From Polyangiaceae bacterium (GTDB lineage Bacteria; Myxococcota_A; Polyangia; Polyangiales; Polyangiaceae): a DNA stretch of 64,000 nt. Of this stretch, positions 37,149 to 47,117 are shown in pieces. Position numbers and translations under genes: made by a program. The stretch's first letter is position 1. Every line of letters starts with the position of its first letter. The stretch spans positions 32,001 to 96,000 of the forward strand of contig CBDCTZ010000005.1 in the NCBI GenBank assembly GCA_965222375.1, written 5' to 3'. A model generated the notes under the pieces. It saw only the letters and a program-made list of their open reading frames with translations. It did not search any database and was not told the origin of the DNA.

Positions 37149-39584
37149 ATGCCCGACCCCGGACTGAATGGACCACAGCGAGAAGCGGTCACGACCTTGT
37201 CGGGACCGCTCTTGGTCCTCGCCGGCGCCGGCACCGGCAAGACGCGCGTGATCACATATCGAATTGCGCAATTGATCAAAAGCCGCGTCCGCGCCGACCG
37301 AATTCTGGCGGTGACCTTCACGAACAAGGCCGCACGTGAGATGCGTGAGCGCGCTCTGAAGCTCCTGGGCCGGCGCCGCAAGGACGCCCCTGTCCCGGAA
37401 ATCTCGACTTTCCATTCCCTCTGCGTGCGCATCTTGCGCCGACACGCCACGCGCCTCGGCTACCCGGAGCGCTTCTCCATCTATGACCGCAGCGATCAGG
37501 AGACCTTGGCCCGGCAAGCGCTTCGAGACGTGCGCGTCGGTCACGAAAAGCTCAAACCCGGCGACCTGATTTTCATGGTCTCGGGTTGGAAGAGCCAAAA
37601 CGTGCGGGCAGACTCGGCCATGGACTTCGCCGGCTCGGACAAGGAGCAACTGGCGGCGCTTGCGTACGCCCGATACCAAGCAGCACTGCGAGCTAGCGGC
37701 GCGATGGACTTCGACGACCTGCTCCTGAACGTCGAAGAGCTGTTCCAACGCCACCCGGACGTGCGAATCGCCGAAGCGACCCGCTTTGACCACTTGCTGA
37801 TCGATGAATACCAAGACACGAACGGGCTCCAGTACCGAATCGTCAAAGCTCTTGCGGACCGCCACCGCAACCTCTGCGTCGTCGGTGACGACGACCAGTC
37901 CATCTACGGCTGGCGCGGAGCCGAGGTCAGTCACATCCTCGGATTCCAGCACGACTGGCAGGACGCAAAGGTCATTCGGTTGGAGGACAACTATCGCTCC
38001 CGGGCGCCCATTCTTGGTCTCGCCAATACCCTCATCGCCCACAACAGCGAGCGGCACGACAAGACCCTGCGCCCCTATCGCGGTTCGGGAGAAGCTCCAC
38101 GCTTCCTTCGCTTCGAGGACGAGACCGCGGAAGCAGAACAGGTCGTGCGCGAGATCACTCACCGCATCGACGCCCGCAATCCCAAACGAGTCGTTGCCAG
38201 CGACCTGGCGATTCTGTTTCGCACCAACGAACAGCCAAGAGCCTTCGAACTCGAGATGCGGCGCGCTGGCGTGCCCTACGTTCTAGTTGGCGGACAATCC
38301 TTCTACGACCGCAAGGAGATCCGAGACATCTTGGCCTACCTGCGCGTGCTATCGAATCCCGCAGACGAAGTCTCGCTTTTGCGCATCATCAACACGCCTG
38401 CCCGTGGGATTGGCACGAGCAGCGTCCAGCTGCTGCTCGAGCGCGCCGTCGCCGCAGGAAGCAGCGTGTGGGCGATCCTGCCCGAAGCCTTGAGCGACGG
38501 GGATCTGGCTCCCCACATCGCAGAACGTATCAACGCTTTTCGCGGGCTATTGGCAGGTTTTCGCCAGCGCCTGAGTCACACACCCCTCGCCGCTCTGACA
38601 GCGGAGTTGGTTCAGACCATCGAATACAAGGCGGAGATCGAGCGCAACTACAAGAACCCCGGTGACGTGCAGTCGCGCTTCAACACCATCGAGGAGCTGA
38701 TCAACGCCATCGCGCAATATGAAGCTCGGGACCCGAACCCATCCCTGCCCGGCTTCCTCGAGGAGTGCAGCCTCGCCGGTCGGGACGACAATCGAGACGA
38801 TCCAGAGAAGCGCCAGGAACACGCCGTAACGCTAATGACCTTGCATAGTGCCAAGGGGTTGGAGTTTCCGCACGTGTACATGGTCGGTCTGGAAGAAGGC
38901 CTACTTCCACACAAGCGCTCCGTAGCGGACGGCGGCAACAACATCGCAGAAGAGCGCAGGCTCTGTTACGTCGGCGTCACTCGCGCCCAAGACACCCTGA
39001 CTCTCTCGCTCTGCAAGAACCGCATGAAGTGGGGCAAGCTCAGACCCCAGATCCCGAGCCGCTTCTTGCTCGAAATGCGCGGCGACACCGCCAAAGCCGA
39101 GCAGGTCGCCGAAGAAGCGCAAATGCTCTTGGCAGCAGAAATCCGTGCCGCAGAAAGGCCCAAGAAGAAGACTGGCAAGCCGCGCGCCAGAGCGGCAGTG
39201 CCCAAACAGCAAGCGCCCCGGGAGCCTGCCAGGCAGTCGCCACCGGCCCGGGCCAGCACCGCCGCCGCGGAAGCGGATCTGGGTGATCTTCTCTTCGAGG
39301 CAGATGCTCTGCCCGCTGCCCACGGCGCGCCGTCCGGCGTGAAGCCTGGGGCGAAATCCGCCAGGCTCGGCCGCGCATCCGCTCCACCCGCCCGAGCGTC
39401 GGCGGCGCCACCTGAGGCATCGCCGGACGGGCCAGGCGCGCCGAGCCAGGCCTCGCATCTCCGGGACGTGCGCGGCGCCACGATCGAGCGTCCGAAACAG
39501 GGCGCCCGGACAGATCAACCGGAGCCATGGACACCCGACGGTGCCCTGGCTGCGGTAGAAGCCCTACTGGGAATCGAGAAGTGA
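37149..39584 (+). CDS. UvrD/Rep/PcrA-family SF1 helicase
   Basis: AGAGTGKT, TFTNKAA, DEYQD, GDDDQSIY, NYRS, HSAKGLEF, EERRLCYVGVTRA; long Ala/Pro-rich tail. Confidence 0.95.
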   Translation: MPDPGLNGPQREAVTTLSGPLLVLAGAGTGKTRVITYRIAQLIKSRVRADRILAVTFTNKAAREMRERALKLLGRRRKDAPVPEISTFHSLCVRILRRHATRLGYPERFSIYDRSDQETLARQALRDVRVGHEKLKPGDLIFMVSGWKSQNVRADSAMDFAGSDKEQLAALAYARYQAALRASGAMDFDDLLLNVEELFQRHPDVRIAEATRFDHLLIDEYQDTNGLQYRIVKALADRHRNLCVVGDDDQSIYGWRGAEVSHILGFQHDWQDAKVIRLEDNYRSRAPILGLANTLIAHNSERHDKTLRPYRGSGEAPRFLRFEDETAEAEQVVREITHRIDARNPKRVVASDLAILFRTNEQPRAFELEMRRAGVPYVLVGGQSFYDRKEIRDILAYLRVLSNPADEVSLLRIINTPARGIGTSSVQLLLERAVAAGSSVWAILPEALSDGDLAPHIAERINAFRGLLAGFRQRLSHTPLAALTAELVQTIEYKAEIERNYKNPGDVQSRFNTIEELINAIAQYEARDPNPSLPGFLEECSLAGRDDNRDDPEKRQEHAVTLMTLHSAKGLEFPHVYMVGLEEGLLPHKRSVADGGNNIAEERRLCYVGVTRAQDTLTLSLCKNRMKWGKLRPQIPSRFLLEMRGDTAKAEQVAEEAQMLLAAEIRAAERPKKKTGKPRARAAVPKQQAPREPARQSPPARASTAAAEADLGDLLFEADALPAAHGAPSGVKPGAKSARLGRASAPPARASAAPPEASPDGPGAPSQASHLRDVRGATIERPKQGARTDQPEPWTPDGALAAVEALLGIEK

Positions 39585-39591
39585 GGGGGAG

Positions 39592-40254
39592 ATGGGCGTT
39601 GTCGTAATCACTGGGGCGAACCGAGGCATTGGGCTCGAACTCGCGAAGCAGATCAAACAATCCGGGACCAGCGTGGTGGCGGTTTGCCGCAAGAGCTCCA
39701 AAGAGCTCGACGGCTTGGGGGTGCGCGTCGAGGTCGGCGTCGATGTTTCGAAACCGGATAGCATCGCCCGGCTTGCGAAAGGGTTGAACGGGCAATCCAT
39801 CGATCTGCTCATCAACAACGCCGGCGTGCTCCGCGCGGAGACCTTCAAAGACGCCGGGCCGACTGCCGTGTTGGAGCAATTCACGATCAACGCGCTGGGG
39901 CCACTGCTAGTCACCCAGGCGCTGGCGCCATTGATGCACGCCGGCAGCAAGGTCGCCGTGGTCACGAGTCGGATGGGCTCGATCACCGACAACGACTCGG
40001 GCGGCATGTACGGCTACCGCATGAGCAAGGCCGCGCTCAATGCCTGCGCAAAGAGCATGGCCATCGATTTGAAGCCAAAACAAATCGCGGTCGTCATTTT
40101 GCACCCGGGATTCGTGCGCACCGGGATGACTGGCGGAAACGGCTTGGTGGATGCGCCGGAATCCGCCCAAGGCCTCATCGCGCGAATCGAAGAGCTGACC
40201 CTGGAGACCAGCGGCAGCTTCAAGCATATGAACGGCGAGACCCTGCCCTGGTAG
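39592..40254 (+). CDS. Short-chain dehydrogenase (CsgA/C-factor-like subfamily)
   Basis: TGANRGIG, NNAG, SRMGSI, YRMSKAALN, HPGFVRT. Confidence 0.9.
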   Translation: MGVVVITGANRGIGLELAKQIKQSGTSVVAVCRKSSKELDGLGVRVEVGVDVSKPDSIARLAKGLNGQSIDLLINNAGVLRAETFKDAGPTAVLEQFTINALGPLLVTQALAPLMHAGSKVAVVTSRMGSITDNDSGGMYGYRMSKAALNACAKSMAIDLKPKQIAVVILHPGFVRTGMTGGNGLVDAPESAQGLIARIEELTLETSGSFKHMNGETLPW

Positions 40255-40400
40255 GCCTGGGCGCGCCGCGCGCAACCCCCCCGGCGCCGAGCCCGCGGGC
40301 AGCCGCATCCCGTCGGAATTGCGACACAACTTCGAACCGCTCGCACCCCCGCCTCGCCGCTTGCGTGACCATCGCCAGGGAAGCCTGATACGCTGCCGAC

Positions 40401-40907
40401 ATGATGACCCCGAAGATTCGGACCCTATTGGCTTTTGGCGTAGCGGCCCTGGCGATGGCCTGCAGCAGCGATTCTGACGACGGCGGCTCGGGCGGCAGCT
40501 CAGGCAGCGGTGGAGGCGCCACGGGCGGCGCCGGTGGCGCAAGCGGAGGCGCCGGAGGCGCAGCAACCGGAGGCGCCGGGGGCGCAGCAACCGGGGGCGC
40601 CGGGGGCGCAGCAACCGGGGGCGCTGGCGGCGCCGGGGGCAGCGGCGGCACCAGTCCGTGCACCGCTCTGTGCGCCAACTCGGATATCGGCAAGTGCCCC
40701 AATGACCCTTCAGCGGCTGAGTGCATCCCTGACTGCGAAAAAGGCCGCGGCGGCATCACGAAATGCAAGGCCGAGTATGACGCGTTCCTGGCCTGCGCGG
40801 CATCTCAGTCCGCAGCCAATCTGGAATGCGATTCCAACGGCACCACATTCGTGAAGTCTGGAGTCTGTGCAGCTGAGATCTCTGCGTTCCAGGCCTGTTC
40901 GAGCTAG
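40401..40907 (+). CDS. Small Cys-rich lipoprotein
   Basis: Lipobox AMAC; GGAGGAAT linker encoded by three 24-bp repeats (40548-40619); helical Cys domain. Confidence 0.8.
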   Translation: MMTPKIRTLLAFGVAALAMACSSDSDDGGSGGSSGSGGGATGGAGGASGGAGGAATGGAGGAATGGAGGAATGGAGGAGGSGGTSPCTALCANSDIGKCPNDPSAAECIPDCEKGRGGITKCKAEYDAFLACAASQSAANLECDSNGTTFVKSGVCAAEISAFQACSS

Positions 40908-40928
40908 CGCCAGCGGCCCGCGGCCGGC

Positions 40929-41645
40929 TCATGGCTCGTCCGGGATCGCTTCGGCCGAAAAAGCACCACTGAAGGTGGCGTTGCAGTCCGCTCCGAGGAA
41001 CGTTCCGTCAATGTGGCCGTCCGCATCCTCGGTGCCAGACAGCACCGCCGCACAGGGGCAGTCCCCAGTGCACCCCAGCTTCGCGGTCAACTTGCCCGCA
41101 GACAGTTGCCATTGTGCGACTCCGCCGCTGCATGAAAAGAGCCCCCCACATTGCCCGTCCTCGGACCAATGGCAAGCTGACGTCGCCGCGGCGCCACTGC
41201 GTCCGACCACTCGGACAATCGACTGACCGTTTGCTGGCGGCTCGGCCCCCTGCCCCGTGAGTCGATAGCGAAGCCGGGGCTCGGAGTCTGCGAAGTAGCT
41301 CGCGGCCCCGCCACCAAGGTCCGGATGAAATAGCACCAAGCGTGTTCCGGTGCGTACGACCTCGACCTGGCTGAGATTCTTCGGCGCAGAAGCGCACTCG
41401 CTACTGCCCGTCACGAGACTGAGCAGCCGACCCTGGAGCTCGTAGCTACCGCGACTTGCACAACCTTCGCGCAAGCGATGCAGCTGCCAACTCCGATCCG
41501 CCGCCAGGCTGAGTCGCTCACTGCAGGTATGCCAATCACCGACGACTCTGGGAGGATCTCCCGGCTCGGGCCCTGCTTCGTCGGACTCGGTACTCGCGCC
41601 ACAGGAAACACAAAGCACCGCGGCTGCCCAAACCCAATGCCGCAT
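40929..41645 (-). CDS. Hypothetical lipoprotein
   Basis: Lipobox CVSC; lipocalin-like VVGDW motif. Confidence 0.65.
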   Translation of the reverse strand: MRHWVWAAAVLCVSCGASTESDEAGPEPGDPPRVVGDWHTCSERLSLAADRSWQLHRLREGCASRGSYELQGRLLSLVTGSSECASAPKNLSQVEVVRTGTRLVLFHPDLGGGAASYFADSEPRLRYRLTGQGAEPPANGQSIVRVVGRSGAAATSACHWSEDGQCGGLFSCSGGVAQWQLSAGKLTAKLGCTGDCPCAAVLSGTEDADGHIDGTFLGADCNATFSGAFSAEAIPDEP

Positions 41646-41752
41646 TGCCCAAGAGTAACGCGGCTACCGGTGTGCGTCAGCCGCGCCCGCCTGGCCCCTT
41701 TCCTCGGCGCCTTCACGCTCATGCTGGGATCGGCATGTGCACCTGAGGGGCG

Positions 41753-42394
41753 TTAGGCCGTCAAGTCGAGTGACAAGCGCGCCGCGTCGAAAAGACGGAC
41801 TCGCAAGACTTCGGCTAGTGGCTCCGCGATGCTCCGAACGACTGGATAGCCCAGTGCACCGAACAGCGTCATCCATTCCTGTGGCAACGGCGGGTCCTCT
41901 TCAACCCACAATCGACTCCGCAAGTCCCGAGCGTGCTCGGTGAGTTCAGCCAGTGCGGCTTCATCGACTTGGTCCTGCCCAGCGGGCGGCTGGAGCGGCA
42001 CGGCGACAAGCCGAGCCAACTCGAATCTGCGCGAGAGCTTAGTCGCCAAAGCCGCCGGATAGCTCTGGATGACCAACGCACACTGCCGCGGCAGCGTCAG
42101 CTGTGACCAGCCAAGCTTTGCGAACCCACGCTCGCGCACCAACTGCATTTGAACGGAGTCCACCAGGAGCTGCCCCGAGTACTCCAAGGTCGCCCGGCGC
42201 ATCACGAACGCCCGCAAGTACAACGTGAGGACTAGCCCGAATCGTCGCGTCATCGCCTGAACGTTGGTGCGCATATACACGCTGAGCACGTAGCGACCGG
42301 CCTGAGCTGGCGTGACGTCGACCTCCGTCAGGATCAAGTCGTCGAGATGTCGCTCCGCGAACGACTCCTGACTAGCGGCCTGCCGGTACGCCAT
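41753..42394 (-). CDS. Hypothetical protein
   Basis: 213-aa ORF with normal composition, co-oriented with neighbours. Confidence 0.55.
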   Translation of the reverse strand: MAYRQAASQESFAERHLDDLILTEVDVTPAQAGRYVLSVYMRTNVQAMTRRFGLVLTLYLRAFVMRRATLEYSGQLLVDSVQMQLVRERGFAKLGWSQLTLPRQCALVIQSYPAALATKLSRRFELARLVAVPLQPPAGQDQVDEAALAELTEHARDLRSRLWVEEDPPLPQEWMTLFGALGYPVVRSIAEPLAEVLRVRLFDAARLSLDLTA

Positions 42395-42450
42395 GCTGCG
42401 GATCCTCGCTCAGGCCGGCAAGATCGCCAAGTTCCGTCGCGCGGGATGGA

Positions 42451-42559
42451 TTGGTTTTGGGGTCGCAGATCTATGGCCTGGCAGGGGCGCTACTCTCGAG
42501 CAGGCGCACCCTGTCGAGAGTAGCGGCCTAGCTGAAACAGTGCCGCGACCCCAAACCAA
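42451..42559. repeat. Long palindromic REPIN-like element made of two inverted repeat-family units
   Basis: TTGGTTTTGGGGTCGC (42451-66) / GCGACCCCAAACCAA (42545-59); inner CGCTACTCTCGA / TCGAGAGTAGCG. Confidence 0.8.
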
Positions 42560-42589
42560 CCATAGAATGAGGGACGAATCGGGTGTCCC

Positions 42590-43606
42590 TCAGACCGTCA
42601 ATTGCAGGCCGGCATGCTGGGCGATCACATCGAGCAAGATCCCGGCGACATAGAGGGCGCCGAAGCGGCGCATGTGCAGAAACGCGAACGCCACGAACCA
42701 GAGCGGCCAGACTTTCGGGGGGAAGTTCTCGGGAGGCCGCTCTGGGCGCGGCGCTCGATACGCTTTGATCGCCAGCACCAACGTGGGCATGGCGACGAAA
42801 ACGACCAGTATCAATGCGGAAAAATAGCCGCGTACAAATAGCAGCAGCACGAGGAGGTACTGGATCACCAGCATGCCAATGGTCACGTAGCGGCTGAGAG
42901 ATTCTCCGAGCAGCACTGGCAAAGTGCGGATCTTCTTGCCCTTGTCGGCATCGAGCTTGTCGATGTGTTTGCCGAACAAAACGGCTGTCGCTCCCAGTGA
43001 GAACGGCAAGCTCGCCAAAGCAACATTCCAATCGAAGCGCCCGGTCACCACGTAATAGGTGCCGCCCACCATCAGCGGACCCCACACCACCAACACCGCG
43101 GGTTCGCCCATGCCGAAGTACTTGAGAGGCCAGGTGTAGAACAGGACGAAGAAGATCCCCGCCGCAAACAGAGTCAAGGTGGCTTGGCCCCGGGTGAACA
43201 CCAAGAACCCACCCGCCAGTAGCGCAATGCCACCGGTCACGGCGGTGTAGCGCAGCATCTGCGGCACCGTCAGAAGTCCGTGCTCCAAAGGCTGGGGGCC
43301 ATACTGGGTGCGGAAGTAGTTGCCCCGATCCACGCCCTTGGCGTGGTCGGTGAGATCGTTGACGAGGTTGTTGGTGGCGTGGGCGAACACCAGGCCCAAG
43401 GTGGTCACACCGAACGCGACGGCATCGAAGGCGTGATCCCGAAATGCCAGCAAGCCACCGATGACGGAGGCGATAATCGTCATGACGATGACCGTGAAAC
43501 GAGTCGCAATCAGCCAGCGAGAGACGACGTCCAAATCGCCCCATTCTTCCTTGCTAATCTTGGGGATGACGCGCAGGGCCTTGCCCCACATGGCGACGTT
43601 CGGCAC
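42590..43606 (-). CDS. menA: UbiA-family prenyltransferase, MenA-like
   Basis: WLIATR, NLVNDLTDHAKGVD, KYFGMGE, HIDKLDADKGKKIRTL; multiple TM helices. Confidence 0.8.
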   Translation of the reverse strand: MPNVAMWGKALRVIPKISKEEWGDLDVVSRWLIATRFTVIVMTIIASVIGGLLAFRDHAFDAVAFGVTTLGLVFAHATNNLVNDLTDHAKGVDRGNYFRTQYGPQPLEHGLLTVPQMLRYTAVTGGIALLAGGFLVFTRGQATLTLFAAGIFFVLFYTWPLKYFGMGEPAVLVVWGPLMVGGTYYVVTGRFDWNVALASLPFSLGATAVLFGKHIDKLDADKGKKIRTLPVLLGESLSRYVTIGMLVIQYLLVLLLFVRGYFSALILVVFVAMPTLVLAIKAYRAPRPERPPENFPPKVWPLWFVAFAFLHMRRFGALYVAGILLDVIAQHAGLQLTV

Positions 43607-43702
43607 GAGTCCTCCAGGCGCCTAGACCTCGTCGCGCCGGGCCTCCTTGTCAAGCTGGGATCTGTCCTGGCCTCCCCCGGATCCCTCCGCTAGACTGCGC
43701 CC

Positions 43703-44524
43703 GTGGTTCGAAAGCTCCTGGCGCGCGCCCTTTTTGGCTCCTGCAGTCTGGTCGCATTGCTTTCGGCCTGCTCAGGCAGCGACGAAGCAACACCGGGAGC
43801 TGGAGGCGGCGGCACGGGTGGCTCTGGCGCACTCGGCACAGGCGGCCTCGGCATCTCTGGCACCCTCGGTGGCGGCGGTCTTGGTATCGCAGGGACGCCC
43901 AACTTCGACGGCGGGTTGGCGGGTTTCGGCGCGTTCGCCGGCGCGGGAGGTGCGAGTGGTGGCTCGGGCACCGGAGGCAGCCCAACAGGCGGCACTGCCG
44001 GGGCCGGCGCAACGGGCGGTGGTAGCGGTGGTATGCCGGTCACCTGTACGGCGCCGATGGCGAACTGCAATTCCGCGCCCGACTGCGACACCAATCTGCA
44101 GCCAGCACCCAACAAATGCCTGACCGCCTCGGACCTCGGCACCCACTGCGGCGACGATGTCTGCGATGTGTTCTTCGCTTGCCTGCCTGTGACCTGGAAG
44201 GCGGCCAAAGGCGTCAAGGGTAGAGGGAGCAGGTGGTTCGTGGCGAGGAGCATCGAGTGCTCCACCTGCGCTGCGGAGACGGTCGGGCTGGCTCGGCTGC
44301 GTTCACCACCAGGAACCAACTACGATCTGTACGTGTACGAAAACTGCGGAAAGCTGGTGGGGTCATCCAAGAAGCCCGCGGGCGAAGATGACGTCATTTT
44401 CGTCGAGCAGAAAGAGGTGTCCGGGCCCCAGAGCTTCCTGTATTGGCTCGAAGTTCGTTGGGAGAGCGGCAACACCTGCGAGGACTGGCAGCTCCAGGTT
44501 TTCCGCTCAGGTTGCCTGCCCTGA
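43703..44524 (+). CDS. Cys-rich lipoprotein with a C-terminal beta-sandwich domain
   Basis: Lipobox LSAC; Gly linker; SPPGTNYDLYVY motif. Confidence 0.75.
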   Translation: MVRKLLARALFGSCSLVALLSACSGSDEATPGAGGGGTGGSGALGTGGLGISGTLGGGGLGIAGTPNFDGGLAGFGAFAGAGGASGGSGTGGSPTGGTAGAGATGGGSGGMPVTCTAPMANCNSAPDCDTNLQPAPNKCLTASDLGTHCGDDVCDVFFACLPVTWKAAKGVKGRGSRWFVARSIECSTCAAETVGLARLRSPPGTNYDLYVYENCGKLVGSSKKPAGEDDVIFVEQKEVSGPQSFLYWLEVRWESGNTCEDWQLQVFRSGCLP

Positions 44525-44584
44525 AGCCGATGCGAGGCAGCCTGGCTCGGTCCGCGGCTCTAGCCGGACCGCGAGGGCACGCGC

Positions 44585-45112
44585 TCAGAGTTGCTCGAGC
44601 TCGGCATCCAGCGCGTCATCGAAACGGTCGCGCTTGCCGCTTGGCTTCGTTTTCGACGCCTGTTCGACGGCGATGGCGCGGCGGCGGCGCCATCGCAACA
44701 GCATCCACACACTAAGCCCGCCAGCGACCCCGAAGCTCAACGCCAGCACCGTGGCGAAGCCTTGCAGCGGGCTGCCTTTCGGAACCGCGCGGATCTTCTC
44801 GCCGTAGCGCTCCACGATAGCTGCCTCGACGGCGTCGACGCTCTCGCCCTTCTTGAGGCGTTGTCGGATCTCCTTGCGCAGGGCGTTGGCGCTCGGCGAC
44901 CCATGTATGTCCAAGGTCTGGTTCCAGCAGCAGGGCGCAAGCAAGCGCCCTTCGAGCACGCTGGCGCCCGGCACGTGGCCACCCAGTTCGTCCTCGGTCA
45001 CGGCCGGGGTGCCGTGGTCATCGTCGGGCCCAGCCGCCGCTGGCGCCGAAATCGCCACGATGGACAGAGCAAGCGCGCACAACAACCCGCGGTAGTCCAT
45101 TGGACGATTCAT
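44585..45112 (-). CDS. ccmH: Cytochrome c biogenesis protein CcmH/NrfF-like
   Basis: LLAPCCWNQTL..HGS..A..LRKEIRQRL..G......IVERYGE; C-terminal TM. Confidence 0.8.
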   Translation of the reverse strand: MNRPMDYRGLLCALALSIVAISAPAAAGPDDDHGTPAVTEDELGGHVPGASVLEGRLLAPCCWNQTLDIHGSPSANALRKEIRQRLKKGESVDAVEAAIVERYGEKIRAVPKGSPLQGFATVLALSFGVAGGLSVWMLLRWRRRRAIAVEQASKTKPSGKRDRFDDALDAELEQL

Positions 45113-45181
45113 AGCGCAGCTGCTCTCAACTGCCCACCGGGGGCGTGAAAAGCGCTTGGATTTCGCTATAGTCCGCCCACG

Positions 45182-45673
45182 ATGATGAAAACGCTGATCC
45201 TCCTGACAACCCTAGGACTGCTAGCTGCGTGCAAAGAACACCCCGACAGCGCCTCCGCGGCGGCAAGCGCTGCTGACGGTTGGAAGCAATACGGCGCCCC
45301 CTTGGGCAATAGCCCCAGAGCGAAGCTGGCCAGCGTGCTCGCCAATCCAAGCGCCCATGCGGGAAAGAAGGTTCGCCTCGACGGTGAGGTGCGGCGAGCC
45401 TGCGCTCAAAAAGGCTGTTGGATGGAGCTCAGCGATGGCAGCGGAGAAAAAGCGCCCGGCTGCCGGGTGACGTTCAAGGACTACGGCTTCTTCGTGCCGA
45501 AGGATTCCGCCGGCGCCAAAGCCCGCATGGAGGCAGTGGTGGAAGTCGAAACCGTCAAGAAGTCCCACGTGGAGCACATGGAGGCCGAGGGTGCGACCTT
45601 CGAGAAGAAGAACCCCGACGGCACCGCCGAGGAGGTCCGCCTTGTCGCTAGCGGGGTTCTGCTCAAGAAATGA
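45182..45673 (+). CDS. DUF4920-like lipoprotein
   Basis: Lipobox LAAC; CAQKGCWMEL, VTFKDYGFFVPKD, LVASGV. Confidence 0.85.
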   Translation: MMKTLILLTTLGLLAACKEHPDSASAAASAADGWKQYGAPLGNSPRAKLASVLANPSAHAGKKVRLDGEVRRACAQKGCWMELSDGSGEKAPGCRVTFKDYGFFVPKDSAGAKARMEAVVEVETVKKSHVEHMEAEGATFEKKNPDGTAEEVRLVASGVLLKK

Positions 45674-45742
45674 GCTAATGTTAACATTGATAACATTGGG
45701 CTCGCTTGGCCAGAGCCCCGTAGGATGTGCTACCGCTTGGCC

Positions 45743-46822
45743 ATGTTTCGCCTGGCGGCCCTGGTTCTGAGCCTGTTTTTGGCTCTGACGCTGACGCAGA
45801 CGGCGTCCGCCAAGCAGCGCGTGCATGTCGTGGCTTCGGGACACACGCTGGGCAAAGTCGCGAAACGTTACAACGTGAGCATCGCCGATCTGTGCAAGGT
45901 CAACCGGATCCGGCGGCGCGACCCCCTCAAGATCGGCCAGCGTTTGTTCATCCCGTCTAAGGATGGAACCGTCGAACGGGGTGCGGCGAAGAAGATCGAG
46001 GCGAAGAAGAAGGCCGAGACCAAAGCCAAGGCAGAGCGGAAAACGAAGAAGGACCGCGAAGCCAAAGCGCGCGACCCGAGCAAGATCCGCCGCCTGGGCA
46101 AGGATGGTCTGCGGGTGCTCGAACTGCCCGGCGCCGGCCCAGCTTACTACTACGAACCCGTCGGCCCCGGCCGCCTGGGGTTACGTCCGTTGATCATCTA
46201 CATGCATGGTCGCGGAGGAAACCCAAGACGGGATTGCCAGCGTTGGGCGCCCGTCGCCCGCCGCCTGGGTTGGCTAGTTTGCCCGTCGGGTCCTGGGGCT
46301 CGTGGCGACGGCCGCGGTTGGAACAACAACTGGGCTGTCGGGCAGCGTACCGCCTTGGCCGTGGTCCGCGGATTCCGAAAGCAATTCGGTCGACGGATAC
46401 AACTCTACGGCAATACTCTGATCGGTTTTTCCGAAGGCGCCTACGTGGCCATGAACGTCGGAGTTCGCGAGCCGCGCACCTTCAATCGCTTGCTTATTCT
46501 TGCGGGCAAGACGGCCTATTGGGGCGGCCCCGGGCTCGAAGCGCTGGCACGGGCCAAGCGGCGCCTGCGGCGCGTCTATCTCATCACAGGCGAGCAGGAT
46601 AGCGTCATCGACGGCACCAACGCCTTGCGCCAAATCTTGAAAAAGCACCGGGTTCCGACCCGCATCAGCACGCCCACGGGCCTGGGCCACGAGCTGGCAT
46701 TGGAGCGCAAGCGCTCCATGTATCGCGCCGCCTTGGTGTGGCTGGAGCGAGGCTCGACCGGAAAGAAACGACGCAAGAGCGTCGCCCGCAACGCCAAGAA
46801 CAAGAGCGCGCGCAAGCGCTGA
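45743..46822 (+). CDS. LysM domain plus alpha/beta-hydrolase (esterase-like) secreted protein
   Basis: HVVASGHTLGKVAKRYNVS...LKIGQRL; MHGRGG; GFSEG; GEQD; GLGH. Confidence 0.85.
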   Translation: MFRLAALVLSLFLALTLTQTASAKQRVHVVASGHTLGKVAKRYNVSIADLCKVNRIRRRDPLKIGQRLFIPSKDGTVERGAAKKIEAKKKAETKAKAERKTKKDREAKARDPSKIRRLGKDGLRVLELPGAGPAYYYEPVGPGRLGLRPLIIYMHGRGGNPRRDCQRWAPVARRLGWLVCPSGPGARGDGRGWNNNWAVGQRTALAVVRGFRKQFGRRIQLYGNTLIGFSEGAYVAMNVGVREPRTFNRLLILAGKTAYWGGPGLEALARAKRRLRRVYLITGEQDSVIDGTNALRQILKKHRVPTRISTPTGLGHELALERKRSMYRAALVWLERGSTGKKRRKSVARNAKNKSARKR

Positions 46823-46825
46823 TTG

Positions 46826-47107
46826 TCAGTGCCAAGCTGACGCGGTCTTGACGGGTTCGTTGTTGCGGTCATGGTCCGCAACGCGTTTTTCCGCATCGCC
46901 GATGCAACCCACACAGCAGGCAAATTGCGAACCGTGGTCACAGGTGATGATAGTGGCAGTGGCGGGTGAGGCGTTCATCTCTGCCGCATCGATATGCCGT
47001 CCGCAAGAGATGCAGTGGATGTGTTGATGACTGGTGTTGGGCCCGGGGCGGTGATGTGGGTCCTGTGCCTTCCGCTCGCGCTTGGTCATGCGCTTCTGAC
47101 GCTTCAT
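46826..47107 (-). CDS. Small Cys/His-rich putative metal-binding protein
   Basis: HIHCISCGRH...CDHG..FACCVGC...DHD. Confidence 0.7.
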   Translation of the reverse strand: MKRQKRMTKRERKAQDPHHRPGPNTSHQHIHCISCGRHIDAAEMNASPATATIITCDHGSQFACCVGCIGDAEKRVADHDRNNEPVKTASAWH

Positions 47108-47117
47108 CTCACGGCGG

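Noticed and set aside
39100..39584. Frameshift in the helicase tail
   Set aside because: All helicase motifs precede it, no alternative frame shows a recognisable domain, and the stop abuts the next gene's RBS.
39592..40254. Calling the SDR csgA (C-signal)
   Set aside because: The subfamily is widespread. Orthology cannot be shown from motifs alone.
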